Below, in pieces: positions 27,426-36,999 of a stretch of DNA of 64,000 bases. The position numbers and the translations under genes were made by a program. The DNA is taken from sequence record MK903282.1; one strand, 5' to 3'. Source of the DNA: Escherichia phage Mansfield. The notes beneath the pieces are model-generated. The model worked only from the letters and a program-made list of their open reading frames with translations. It did no database searches and was not told the origin of the DNA. The stretch's first letter is position 1; each line of letters begins with the position of its first letter.

Positions 27426-28693
27426 GTGCACAATATTCTTACATAGTAAGCACTGGTGTAATAACCATCGACACAGCCGATTTACTGGCTGACGTTCAAA
27501 GTGAATGGATTGAGTCATTAGGGGTCGGGCTTGACGTTGATGCCTCGACACCGCAAGGCACGCTAATCGCAACAGAGACGTTGGCAAGAACTTCAGTGAT
27601 GAAGAACAATGCCGAATTGGGAAGTCTCATCAACCCTAACTACTCATATGGAGTATACCTTGATGCAATCGCGGCGCTTCTTGGCATCGAGCGCACAAAG
27701 AATGTAAGCACAATGTTGAAAGGTGTGACTGCAGAGGGAACACCGCTGTTGGAAATTCCTGCTGGAAGTCTTCTCACTGATTCAAATGGCACATACTGGT
27801 ATGTGCTGGAAGACGTTCAAATCACTTCGACTGGCAAGACAAGCAACATGACTCTTGCGTCAAAAGAGTATGGCTCATTTACTGTTGCGCCTGATGAAGA
27901 GTTTACAGTGGTGCAAGGTTATGACGTCATCGGATGGTCAAGAACTTATTCAACGTCTGCAACGACGACCGTTCCAGGAACACAATACATGGGCGACGGA
28001 GCATTAAAGGCCGCTCGTGTTAAGCGTCTTTACCAGCAGGGCATCGCATCGCTTGGTGCCATCCGCGCTCGCGCCATGTCGGTCGACGGTGTAGAATCTG
28101 TGATGGTCGTGGAGAATGACACAGGAGTCCCTGGAACGGTGCGCGGCATTACGTTCTCAACGCCTAACGGTGTTTGGGTATGCGCAAGCGGAACATTTGA
28201 CAAGCAAGTGTTTGCGGAGACGATATTCAAGGCGAAGATGGGCGGTCAACCTTGGGACTTTGGTGCTACTAATCAAGGCAATCCGGTAAACTCTCCTGAT
28301 GGAATCGAAGTGGTTGATTCAGAATCACAGCTTTCTTATTTCGTCAAATTTAACACTGCAGTGATATATGATTTGTATGTTGATATAACCGTTTCAAGAG
28401 GGACGGCGACCGCTGATGCAGAGTCTATTATTGCCGCCGTACTGAATTACGGCAATGGCAATTTTAACGGTGAGCAGGGGTATACAGTAGGACAATCTCA
28501 ATCTTCTTTTGAAATTGCTTCAGCAGTATCCTGCGAATATCCAGGACTTTATATCAAAGATTGCAAAATTGCAGCAGTCAAAAGCGGACAGGCAGCGCCA
28601 ACTTATCCTTCCGATTATGGCAGCGAGTGGGTCGCAAATCCTTGGGATAAGGCCAATACTATGCGCGGCTTCATCAACGTTAAATTTGTGTGA
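27422..28693 (+). CDS. baseplate J-like protein
   Basis: 423 aa; position after spike; size and composition typical of gpJ/gp47 family. Confidence 0.5.
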   Translation: MSAQYSYIVSTGVITIDTADLLADVQSEWIESLGVGLDVDASTPQGTLIATETLARTSVMKNNAELGSLINPNYSYGVYLDAIAALLGIERTKNVSTMLKGVTAEGTPLLEIPAGSLLTDSNGTYWYVLEDVQITSTGKTSNMTLASKEYGSFTVAPDEEFTVVQGYDVIGWSRTYSTSATTTVPGTQYMGDGALKAARVKRLYQQGIASLGAIRARAMSVDGVESVMVVENDTGVPGTVRGITFSTPNGVWVCASGTFDKQVFAETIFKAKMGGQPWDFGATNQGNPVNSPDGIEVVDSESQLSYFVKFNTAVIYDLYVDITVSRGTATADAESIIAAVLNYGNGNFNGEQGYTVGQSQSSFEIASAVSCEYPGLYIKDCKIAAVKSGQAAPTYPSDYGSEWVANPWDKANTMRGFINVKFV

Positions 28694-28699
28694 GGAACT

Positions 28700-31438
28700 A
28701 TGCAAAAGTTTGACACAAACCTGTTGCAAAACCTTAAGTGGATGCAAAACAACGCGCCGAACATCACATCTTTGGTTCAAAAGAAAAGTGACTGGTATGA
28801 GCGATATCAAGATCAGTTTTGGATTGACTGGTACAAGAACATATTCAACATTGATACTTGTGATGCAATGGGCATTTATATTTGGTGTGACATCCTATGC
28901 ATACCAAGGGATTTTGTTGACTTAAGCAACTATGAGCACAACTGGGCGTTTGGACCCACACGCGACAACTTCGAAGGGCCGGACAACATCGGCGGCAACT
29001 TCTTTGGTGCTGGCGGAAAGGTTGTGAAAAACATTGAAGAAGCGCGAATCCTTCTTAAGCTTCGTTATTTGACGCTCACAAGCGATGGCCGCATAGAAAG
29101 CATCAACCGTATGCTTAAGTGGATTTTTAACCGTGGAGAAGCTTGGGATTATTCTTCATCGCGATACGCATACGTGACAGACAATACTCAAGGCGCGGTG
29201 TCTTCTTCTGAATCAACAAACGGTTCATTCCTTCTGTACGACTGGCAGGGGTCAACTGAGATTCAGCACGATTATAAACAAGTTCTTTTGAGTCACGGCA
29301 ACAACGCAGGACTGACCATAAGTGGGGTGGCAGGGACCGTTTCGCGAATGGCACACCCAGACTGGTATTCATGGGGCAACGGGTCCGGCGCTGGTATTGT
29401 CGGCGGTGATACACGCCAATATGGCGGCCCTGACTATTACGGCCAACTGTGCGGTGATTACCCAGGGGAGGCCATCGAGAACTTTGCCAACGCAGTACGG
29501 GTCATCAAAACGGCTTCCAGCGGTGAGCCTGTGTATTCGTTGGCCAATAATCCAAGCGCCCAATCTATTTCGCTTCCTTCTCAGGCTGGCGTCAACGTTT
29601 GCTATAGCTTCTACATAAAAGTGCTTTCTGAAAACGTGGCTTCTGTTTCCGTAACAGAGAACAGTGATGCATCGAGTAATGGAAAGCTTTTCGACCCAGT
29701 GACTGGGCAATTCAACCTTGACCCTTCTTTGAGTTATTTTATCACAGGCAAGTTCGACGGTGTTAGAAGGGAATCAAGCCGTGGTGGCATCAAGGCCATC
29801 GGCGGCGATTGGTACAGAATCTGGATTGTAGAGCAAACTGCAAACGCTACAGCTGGAGTTAAAACAAGCTTTTCAATTGAGTTGAAAGCAACTGCCGCTG
29901 GATCAACACAAACTCGCGAATTGCCTGAAGGGTCTGATGCGCTTCTTTTTGGATACTCCATTTGTGTTTGCGACCCTGTTCAGAATCCTAATGGGCCTGA
30001 GCCTTATTTCTATGGGACTCAAAATCCTCCTGCGGATGGCACGGCAATCTTGTCCGTTACGGCAGGAACGCTCAACAACATCTCTTGCGCAAACGGTCCG
30101 TTGACCACAAGAGATGGCGTGGTAGGTGAATCATTCATGCAGCCTGGTTCATCACTTGCATACTCTGGTTCAATCGGCGGCTATCCGTACCCAGGGAACG
30201 CCACCCTCATTGCAGAGACAGATGGAATCAGACGCTCATGGAACGTTAGCCGATTGGACGGAGTACCGCCGCCGCCGACCGCTGACTATTACATGGAATA
30301 TGTCATCGGGCCTTATTTTGCCAACAACTTGTCTGATAACTTTAAGACGCTAGTTGGCGACAGGAATGAAGGATTCTTGCCAGCAAACGCTGGGATACGT
30401 TGGCAGCTTTACCAAGAAGTTGCAGACCTTTCAGATATTGACTTGACAGTGAGCGACATCACAGACACCCGAATCGGATTTGAAACGGAAGGTGTTGCAT
30501 GGATTAACACTGACGGGATTATCAGAGTTGGCGGCATTAACGAGTGGCCGTTGAACAATTTTAACGGTGTCATAAGACAGCTTGAATCTTTGAAAGGTGT
30601 AAACCAAGTAATCGACGGCGCTCTTGTCAACGACTATTCAATCTCAAAAGCTTCAAGAGATGACTTTGGGCGTGAAATTCCACGTGCTGCAATCACTAAC
30701 TACTGGCGATACACACAGCCGAATGATGGTACATCTTTTGGCAATATCGTCAAGGACGGAGCTAACACGGTCACGGCAACGCCAATCAGCGGTGTTCCCA
30801 ACCAGTTTCCATCATTCAAGCTTTCAGCTACAATAGGGACTGTGCCCGCATCCGGTTATGCACGCGCTGTACTTGCCACTAAATACACTGGCACCCTGAC
30901 TGGGCCTTTGTCGTTTATCGCAATAGTTAAAAACAACACGGTAAACGGTCAAAAACTTTTTGTAACCGTACCGGATGGGATGGGCGGCTATATCCCTAAA
31001 TTCTACAACATAGGCGTAGGTGATTTGCAGCGTATCGAAATTGACCTTGCCGCTGAGATTGTTGCAGGAGCGACTTGGGACGGTTCGACAGGTGGGATCA
31101 GTATTGGTTTGATATCAGGGAAAGACTTGCCGACCGAAGTTGGCACAACTCTTGAACTTGACATTTTAAGCTTGATGCTTGTGTCTGGTGATACGATGAA
31201 TGCGCTTGCGATTTCAACAAGCGAAGATTTTGCAAAGAAAACTGCAACTTCTATATACATCAAAAACCCAGGGTCACTGGCGACTGGAGTTCAATTGATA
31301 GCTTCAAATGGGGATGTTGTAGCGACAGTAAACTTTCCAAGAAGTGCTGCTGGCGGTTATGTTTCAAGCATGAATATAACTGACTTAACTGGTGATTGGG
31401 CATCGACCCTTTTATCAAAAATTAAATACATCGTGTAG
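28700..31438 (+). CDS. large baseplate wedge / proximal tail fiber protein
   Basis: 912 aa, Gly/Thr/Ser/Asn-rich; between baseplate J-like and distal fiber genes. Confidence 0.5.
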   Translation: MQKFDTNLLQNLKWMQNNAPNITSLVQKKSDWYERYQDQFWIDWYKNIFNIDTCDAMGIYIWCDILCIPRDFVDLSNYEHNWAFGPTRDNFEGPDNIGGNFFGAGGKVVKNIEEARILLKLRYLTLTSDGRIESINRMLKWIFNRGEAWDYSSSRYAYVTDNTQGAVSSSESTNGSFLLYDWQGSTEIQHDYKQVLLSHGNNAGLTISGVAGTVSRMAHPDWYSWGNGSGAGIVGGDTRQYGGPDYYGQLCGDYPGEAIENFANAVRVIKTASSGEPVYSLANNPSAQSISLPSQAGVNVCYSFYIKVLSENVASVSVTENSDASSNGKLFDPVTGQFNLDPSLSYFITGKFDGVRRESSRGGIKAIGGDWYRIWIVEQTANATAGVKTSFSIELKATAAGSTQTRELPEGSDALLFGYSICVCDPVQNPNGPEPYFYGTQNPPADGTAILSVTAGTLNNISCANGPLTTRDGVVGESFMQPGSSLAYSGSIGGYPYPGNATLIAETDGIRRSWNVSRLDGVPPPPTADYYMEYVIGPYFANNLSDNFKTLVGDRNEGFLPANAGIRWQLYQEVADLSDIDLTVSDITDTRIGFETEGVAWINTDGIIRVGGINEWPLNNFNGVIRQLESLKGVNQVIDGALVNDYSISKASRDDFGREIPRAAITNYWRYTQPNDGTSFGNIVKDGANTVTATPISGVPNQFPSFKLSATIGTVPASGYARAVLATKYTGTLTGPLSFIAIVKNNTVNGQKLFVTVPDGMGGYIPKFYNIGVGDLQRIEIDLAAEIVAGATWDGSTGGISIGLISGKDLPTEVGTTLELDILSLMLVSGDTMNALAISTSEDFAKKTATSIYIKNPGSLATGVQLIASNGDVVATVNFPRSAAGGYVSSMNITDLTGDWASTLLSKIKYIV

Positions 31439-31448
31439 AGGAACGGCA

Positions 31449-33236
31449 ATGCCAACACTTATTAACAGACCTTTCGCGCAAAGCGGTGATGTATCCGTGG
31501 TGCCGGATGCAAGCCCAAGCGGTTATGTGAACTTCCAGCGCGGCTACACACCTGACTATGCGCTTGCTCTGGAGGCTGGAAACGTCGCCGCGAAAGCTGT
31601 TGAGCGCGAATCGATGAACTGGTTGCTGAATTTGATTACAGACAACCTTATGTTTATTCAAGACCATGGCGCTCAACAATATTTCTCTTCTGACTTGAAG
31701 CCGGATGGATACCCGAAAAATGCCATTGTTGTCAGCAACTCTGGAACGCCTTCAGCGCCTGAGTGGCGCATCTTTCAAAGCGTGGTCGACGGCAACACAA
31801 GCGCCGTACCAGCTAACGGAGAAACGGAATCTTGGCAGGAATTAACACTGCCCAGCGAAGCGCGAAAATACATTCCGATGCCTGCTGGCGGCGATGCGCA
31901 AAACCCGTACTTTGTTCGCGGATTGATTTCAAGCTTTGTGGACTTCGATAATATCACGACTTCCACAACTATCGTCATTCAATCAGATGCAGTCGCCGCT
32001 CTTTGCTCTAACATCCCGAATGCGGTTGGCGCAACAAAGGTTGCAGGTCGACTGCAGGTCTGCGCTTGGCAGGTCGATGCGCAAACGTTTGCCTTGCAGC
32101 AATATACATCAATGAATGGCTATTTGTTTACTCGCTCTTACACTTCTGGTGCTTGGAGTGCTTGGATTCAAAACGCAACCATTCAAGATGTGCAAATCGG
32201 AACGCCAAACCTTGCATCTGGTAAAGGCGCGCAAGATATAATCCTCACCGTTCCAGCAGGGTATTCATGGCCACCTTCTGCGGGTAGCCGTTTAACCATC
32301 GTCAATGATGTGACTACTACCGGACCTGTCACCGTGACCATTGGTGCGAACAAGGTTGCCGTTCTTGGATTCGACGGCGGCGAGTTACCAGCTGGCGCTA
32401 TCGTAGGTTTGTTGCCATTCACCATCATTTATGACGGCACCGTGTGGCGTCTCCTTCAGGCGTTTGGCGCGGCGCAAATCGGCGTTGACGCTACTGAGCC
32501 GCAGCAGTTTGTGACCAAAAGACAGCTTGATGCGCTTGCTGAAAAGTTGATCACCATGGGTGATGTGTTCGAAGTCGGTGAGACTCGATTCCTGACAAAC
32601 GGGACCAACCCAAACACCAAACTGGGTGCTTACGGTCAGGTATGGACACGACTGCCTGATAACATGGTGATTCGCACGTCCGGCACGGCACGGAACGGGC
32701 TTGCAACTGGCGGCGCGGACTCTGTCACCCTTACCGCCGCCATGCTTCCTCTCCACAATCACAGTGTGAACATTACCACACGACAAAGTGGCCCATGGTC
32801 CAATACCACTGGAGACGCAGGCAATCACAATCACACAGGGGATACAAGCCAAAACGGTGCTCACGTGCACGGAATGGACACTGCAGGCAACCACCACCAT
32901 GACAGCAGCTGGGGTGAAGCGAATACACACGATGCGCGGTATGGTGTGTATGATAATACGCGCAACAACTTCGGAAGTCGCAAAGGCGGCGACTGGGATA
33001 ACTACAAATACAACACTTCAACTAATGGCAACCACGTCCACAATATTCAATCTTCTGGGTCACACACCCATGGGTTGAATATAAATTACGCTGGCAATCA
33101 CAGCCACAGTTATACCCTTCCCGCTCACACTCACGATGTGGTCGGTAACACTGGCAATGCAGGGCAGTCGGTGCCAACGGCTGTTGCGACTTTGCCGCGA
33201 TACGTTGTTTTGAATGGCTGGTACAGAAGCGCATAA
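31449..33236 (+). CDS. tail fiber (receptor-binding) protein with histidine-rich HxH repeat tip
   Basis: ATG 31449 with GAGGA RBS; C-terminal run of HxH motifs (NHNHTG, AHVHG, NHHHD, NHVHN, SHTHG, NHSHS, AHTHD) like metal-binding needle tips of T4-type fibers. Confidence 0.6.
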   Translation: MPTLINRPFAQSGDVSVVPDASPSGYVNFQRGYTPDYALALEAGNVAAKAVERESMNWLLNLITDNLMFIQDHGAQQYFSSDLKPDGYPKNAIVVSNSGTPSAPEWRIFQSVVDGNTSAVPANGETESWQELTLPSEARKYIPMPAGGDAQNPYFVRGLISSFVDFDNITTSTTIVIQSDAVAALCSNIPNAVGATKVAGRLQVCAWQVDAQTFALQQYTSMNGYLFTRSYTSGAWSAWIQNATIQDVQIGTPNLASGKGAQDIILTVPAGYSWPPSAGSRLTIVNDVTTTGPVTVTIGANKVAVLGFDGGELPAGAIVGLLPFTIIYDGTVWRLLQAFGAAQIGVDATEPQQFVTKRQLDALAEKLITMGDVFEVGETRFLTNGTNPNTKLGAYGQVWTRLPDNMVIRTSGTARNGLATGGADSVTLTAAMLPLHNHSVNITTRQSGPWSNTTGDAGNHNHTGDTSQNGAHVHGMDTAGNHHHDSSWGEANTHDARYGVYDNTRNNFGSRKGGDWDNYKYNTSTNGNHVHNIQSSGSHTHGLNINYAGNHSHSYTLPAHTHDVVGNTGNAGQSVPTAVATLPRYVVLNGWYRSA

Positions 33237-33244
33237 GGTGATTT

Positions 33245-33889
33245 ATGATTAACGCAAACGTAATATCTAAAGGGACCGGATGCAGCATGGATGTTGCAGA
33301 GAAATGGGTGGACCCTTTCAAGCAGGCTTGTGAGCACTACGGAATCAAAAGCAAGAGTGCCATCGCGGCATTCCTTGCAAACGTAGGAGTAGAAACGGGC
33401 AGCTTGAAGACCTTTGTGGAAAATCTCAACTACTCTGCACAGGGTCTTGCCAATACATGGCCTAGTCGTTACAGCGTCAACGGTCGTGCTGGAAGCGCCC
33501 CGAACTCATTGGCCCTGTCGATTGCCCGTAAACCTGTGGAAATCGCCAATAATACATATGCAAACCGCATGGGAAACGGTTCGGTAGCGTCTGGTGACGG
33601 TTGGAAGTACCGTGGCCGTGGTGCCATTCAGTTGACTGGCAAAGCAAACTATGCGGAATATACGCGTCAATCAGGCTATGATGCATTGAATAACCCCGAC
33701 ATTTTGACTGAGCCGAAATACATCGCTGACAGCGCGGCATGGTTCTTCAAGAATAGTGGTTGTATTCCTCTTGCTGACGCAGGTAATTTTGATTCAACCG
33801 TTAAGCGGATTAACGGGGCCGCGCCGAACGCAGCAAACCACGGTGAGTTGCGAAGAAAGCGTTACAAGGATGCATTAGCAGTTATGTAA
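33245..33889 (+). CDS. endolysin, glycoside hydrolase family 19 (chitinase-like lysozyme)
   Basis: IAAFLANVGVETGSL and YRGRGAIQLTGKANYAEY match GH19 endolysin signature regions. Confidence 0.8.
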   Translation: MINANVISKGTGCSMDVAEKWVDPFKQACEHYGIKSKSAIAAFLANVGVETGSLKTFVENLNYSAQGLANTWPSRYSVNGRAGSAPNSLALSIARKPVEIANNTYANRMGNGSVASGDGWKYRGRGAIQLTGKANYAEYTRQSGYDALNNPDILTEPKYIADSAAWFFKNSGCIPLADAGNFDSTVKRINGAAPNAANHGELRRKRYKDALAVM

Positions 33890-33895
33890 GAAAAA

Positions 33896-33922
33896 GGCCC
33901 ATATGGGCCTTTGTTTATTTTA
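33896..33922. terminator. bidirectional intrinsic terminator between convergent genes
   Basis: GGCCC-atat-GGGCC flanked by A5 upstream and TTTGTTTATTTT downstream. Confidence 0.55.
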
Positions 33923-34145
33923 CGGCTTCAACTTGGACGGGCGGAGCGGAACTTGTATCAATGTCTGGCAAGTCGAAGTAATACCCCGCCATACCAATCA
34001 CACCTACAATCGCGGCCCGTGCCACCTTGTTGCTAATTGACTCCCCAATAAGCTTTACCAACAGGGATAAGATTTGAGACGTCAAAGCCTTTTTCAGCCT
34101 TTTGTTTTCTTCCAAATCTTTCTGCATAACTACCACCCATGTCAA
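33915..34145 (-). CDS. small membrane protein (single TM), possible holin-like or accessory protein
   Basis: 76 aa; hydrophobic segment AAIVGVIGMAGYYF; ATGA overlap with upstream gene. Confidence 0.4.
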   Translation of the reverse strand: MTWVVVMQKDLEENKRLKKALTSQILSLLVKLIGESISNKVARAAIVGVIGMAGYYFDLPDIDTSSAPPVQVEAVK

Positions 34146-34684
34146 CGCACTTCCTGTGTCTTAACATTACCTGAAGCATCTCTCAAGGGCAGTGGATAGT
34201 AGGCCATTTGGTAGTCTGATACGCCTTCAATGTGATAAAACACGATTACGTCTTTGCTGTTGATGAGCATGTTAACGACATCTGATTTATCTTCTGGAGT
34301 GAGTATTAGTGCGCCGCCTGTCCTGCTGTCTACTGCAACAGGGTATGTCTTGTCGACAAGGCCGCTGTCCAATGTATTATACCTGACAACGATTTCAGGG
34401 GCATCAACTTTTGCCATTGACATTCCGAACACAAACGACACGACCTGCCGACCGCGATCATTCATTACGCACATCTTTTCTTTGTCAAATCTTTCTTTTA
34501 TTACGTCGTATTTATTCCAGCAGAACTCAAAGGATTGACCATTGTTGAAATATCTTGTAAGAACTTTTGCACTTCCATTTGGCGGCGTAAACATATTTTC
34601 AGCCGCTGCAGCCTTGGTGAAGAATATAACTGTCAGCATAGCCATGATGATGATCAAAACAATCTTTAATTTGTTCGCTTTCAT
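34142..34684 (-). CDS. secreted/periplasmic protein with N-terminal signal peptide
   Basis: 180 aa; MKANKLKIVLIIIMAMLTVIFFTKAAAAE signal-peptide-like N-terminus; strong AAAAGGTGA RBS. Confidence 0.5.
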   Translation of the reverse strand: MKANKLKIVLIIIMAMLTVIFFTKAAAAENMFTPPNGSAKVLTRYFNNGQSFEFCWNKYDVIKERFDKEKMCVMNDRGRQVVSFVFGMSMAKVDAPEIVVRYNTLDSGLVDKTYPVAVDSRTGGALILTPEDKSDVVNMLINSKDVIVFYHIEGVSDYQMAYYPLPLRDASGNVKTQEVR

Positions 34685-34757
34685 TATAATTCACCTTTTG
34701 ATTATGAATATTAATAGTATAGGCTTAAGGTTTTGAAAGTAAATACGCCGAAAGTAA

Positions 34758-34785
34758 ATAAAAGAAAAGCCGGAAATTTCCGGCT
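34758..34785 (-). terminator. intrinsic terminator downstream of DNA ligase gene
   Basis: AGCCGG-aaattt-CCGGCT followed on minus strand by UUUCUUUU. Confidence 0.45.
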
Positions 34786-34859
34786 TTATGTATACACTGC
34801 ATATTAAATTCTATAAAACGGCGCGATAGATTATACGCAACAATTATTTATCCAGTGTG

Positions 34860-35837
34860 TTAAAAATACTCCATATCGGTAATATCACGGAAGCACTTAT
34901 ACAAGGCAGAGCGCGGCACGTCAACGATGCCAAAGTTAAAGAATTTATATGTCAGATACTTGTTGCGATAATTCTCGCGATTCTCCCAAAGCATTTTTCT
35001 CTCTGCCATAGGCATTGAACCAGCGGAGACGCGGAAAGGAATCATTTCCCCTTTCTCATCAACATATTTTGGATTGACAACTACGAATGAGCCAAGGTAT
35101 CCTTTTGCGACTAAGCCTTCAGCCTCTTTTGAACGCTTAGTGCGACCCAACTCATCAATGAATGCTTCGTTGTTGTTCTCCATCATCTCAACGAAGTCTA
35201 TGATCAGTCCTTCTTCATCGGTCCACGGCTTATCCTTCCACACATCACGTGACTTTGGCGTCGCGCGGCCATGCTTGTATTTGCCCGTCCAAGACTTGCC
35301 ATACAAGCCTTCATAGCCAAGCTGGTCTGCTTCGATTTGCATTGCCGCGTACTGTTCCATATTTTCGATGTTTCGATATTCGAGAGCGCGAAGGAATGGG
35401 CGTCGACCATGGTTGATGAGGTGCTGATTGACTTCAGCAACTCTAGCGCGATAGTTTGCATAACGTTTTTCAAAAGGCAAATCAGGGTCGCTGAAGTCAT
35501 CAAACACCCACCATGTAAAGTTAGTGATTGCATCAGTGTTCATACATGCAGTATAGGCCTGTTGCATGACGTTCTTGTCGTTCGGATTGCCGTCAATTAG
35601 CTCTCCATCAAGTCCGTGAATCAATTCACCCAAGAACAGGAACTCTTTTTTGATTTGAATGTTGCGCAGCGCCATGCCGGAAGTGCCCATTGGCAAGTTG
35701 TCATACGCCATCGCGCGTATGCCATCGACCTTGAAGGATAATCCGCAAGGCAGCGGCACATCTTCACCGCGCTCGATAATTTGCTTACGCTGGCAACCTT
35801 TCATTGGTTTTAATGCTTTGATTTCCCCTGCCATCAC
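34860..35837 (-). CDS. ATP-dependent DNA ligase
   Basis: 325 aa; nucleotidyltransferase motif I KVDGIR (KxDGxR) and downstream ligase-like motifs. Confidence 0.75.
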   Translation of the reverse strand: MMAGEIKALKPMKGCQRKQIIERGEDVPLPCGLSFKVDGIRAMAYDNLPMGTSGMALRNIQIKKEFLFLGELIHGLDGELIDGNPNDKNVMQQAYTACMNTDAITNFTWWVFDDFSDPDLPFEKRYANYRARVAEVNQHLINHGRRPFLRALEYRNIENMEQYAAMQIEADQLGYEGLYGKSWTGKYKHGRATPKSRDVWKDKPWTDEEGLIIDFVEMMENNNEAFIDELGRTKRSKEAEGLVAKGYLGSFVVVNPKYVDEKGEMIPFRVSAGSMPMAERKMLWENRENYRNKYLTYKFFNFGIVDVPRSALYKCFRDITDMEYF

Positions 35838-36427
35838 TCGCGACCCTCATTCATTACTTGTTCCATTGCGTAGGCATAAGCCTGATCAGTCGATTTGATA
35901 AAAGTTCCGTTATACATCACGCCTTTACGGTCCTTGATGTCTTCATAGGCGGCTTGAGCGCAATCAGACAGTCGAAGTCCATAATCATGCGCTACGCCGG
36001 AAAGATAATCGACTGCGGCCATGATGGTGACATCAATATCCATACTCTGATTTTTAGCAATGGCGTCACCAAGCCGTCCGAGAGTCTTTGCTAAGCGAAG
36101 GATAAACGAGTGAGGGTGGGCACCTTTGTCAGCGCAACCGCCGCCGTTGACATCTTCGATTTTTGCACCATTTTGCGCAGCAAGAATAGTTAACACAACA
36201 AGGCAATCGCCGATGTCATCCTTGATTGCGGCTTGTAAATCACAGATGGCCTGCTCTGTATATCCGATTTCAGGGTCAAAGAACACAAGGTCATGGAGTT
36301 GATCAACGTGGTCGGTCAACTCCCCAAACTCGCTAATAAGCTTCGGGTATTGGTCTTTAAGACCGCAACCTTTGATGATGTTACGGTCAGAAGCCCACTG
36401 GCGAATGTTTGCATAAATCTGGTTCAT
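35834..36427 (-). CDS. mazG: MazG-like nucleoside triphosphate pyrophosphohydrolase
   Basis: 197 aa; all-alpha NTP-PPase motifs EFGELTDH and DIGDCLVVL, second degenerate repeat. Confidence 0.55.
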   Translation of the reverse strand: MNQIYANIRQWASDRNIIKGCGLKDQYPKLISEFGELTDHVDQLHDLVFFDPEIGYTEQAICDLQAAIKDDIGDCLVVLTILAAQNGAKIEDVNGGGCADKGAHPHSFILRLAKTLGRLGDAIAKNQSMDIDVTIMAAVDYLSGVAHDYGLRLSDCAQAAYEDIKDRKGVMYNGTFIKSTDQAYAYAMEQVMNEGRE

Positions 36428-36942
36428 TTATTTTCCTTTGATGCGTTGAATTGATCGATTTTAATTTTAGCCTGATTATAAGTATCAATCAAGCTATTAA
36501 CCTTCTCTTTTAATCTGTTTGTTTCTGCGGCGAACTGAACAAGAAATCGGACATCCTCTTCTGATAGTCCACAGTTTCCTTCTGGGATAGAGAGGCGTCC
36601 AGTGGTCGCAGAGTCGGGCACACTCCTGAGTAATTCACGGGAGCAGCTGAGTTGCTCGCGCAACTTGATATTCCCAGACTTGTAACGAGCAATAGTGTCA
36701 TCAGCAACCAGTTGCGCTTCCTGGCGACCCTTCTCATATGCCGATGCCGATTCAACCTGTAAAGATGCAATTTGCTCTTCGAGTGCATTTATCTTGTCCT
36801 TACGCTCATTAAGCGATGTCAGATATTGATTATCCTTGGCCAGTGATGCGTTGGTTTGCTGAAGGTCTTCAACGTATGATCCAGCGGCGAACGCGCCAAC
36901 AAGGGCCAGAATCTTCAGAAGCGGTACAATTCTTTCTATCAT
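36424..36942 (-). CDS. i-spanin (Rz-like) lysis protein
   Basis: 172 aa; N-terminal TM helix LLKILALVGAFAAGSYV followed by long charged coiled coil; contains an embedded lipoprotein ORF in another frame. Confidence 0.5.
   Translation of the reverse strand: MIERIVPLLKILALVGAFAAGSYVEDLQQTNASLAKDNQYLTSLNERKDKINALEEQIASLQVESASAYEKGRQEAQLVADDTIARYKSGNIKLREQLSCSRELLRSVPDSATTGRLSIPEGNCGLSEEDVRFLVQFAAETNRLKEKVNSLIDTYNQAKIKIDQFNASKENK
36510..36737 (-). CDS. o-spanin (Rz1-like outer-membrane lipoprotein), embedded within i-spanin gene
   Basis: Embedded frame MRRVARKRNWLLMTLLLVTSLGISSC with lipobox-like ISSC, Pro-containing mature region; start chosen at internal Met of track ORF 36510..36788. Confidence 0.4.
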   Translation of the reverse strand: MRRVARKRNWLLMTLLLVTSLGISSCASNSAAPVNYSGVCPTLRPLDASLSQKETVDYQKRMSDFLFSSPQKQTD

Positions 36943-36954
36943 GATGCACCAGAT

Positions 36955-36984
36955 AAATAAAAGGCCGCCAATCGGCAGCCTTGT
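36955..36984 (-). terminator. putative terminator between SSB-like gene and spanin genes
   Basis: Imperfect hairpin GGCCGCC-aatc-GGCAGCC followed on minus strand by UUUUAUUUAU. Confidence 0.35.
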
Positions 36985-36999
36985 TGATTTGATTGTCGA

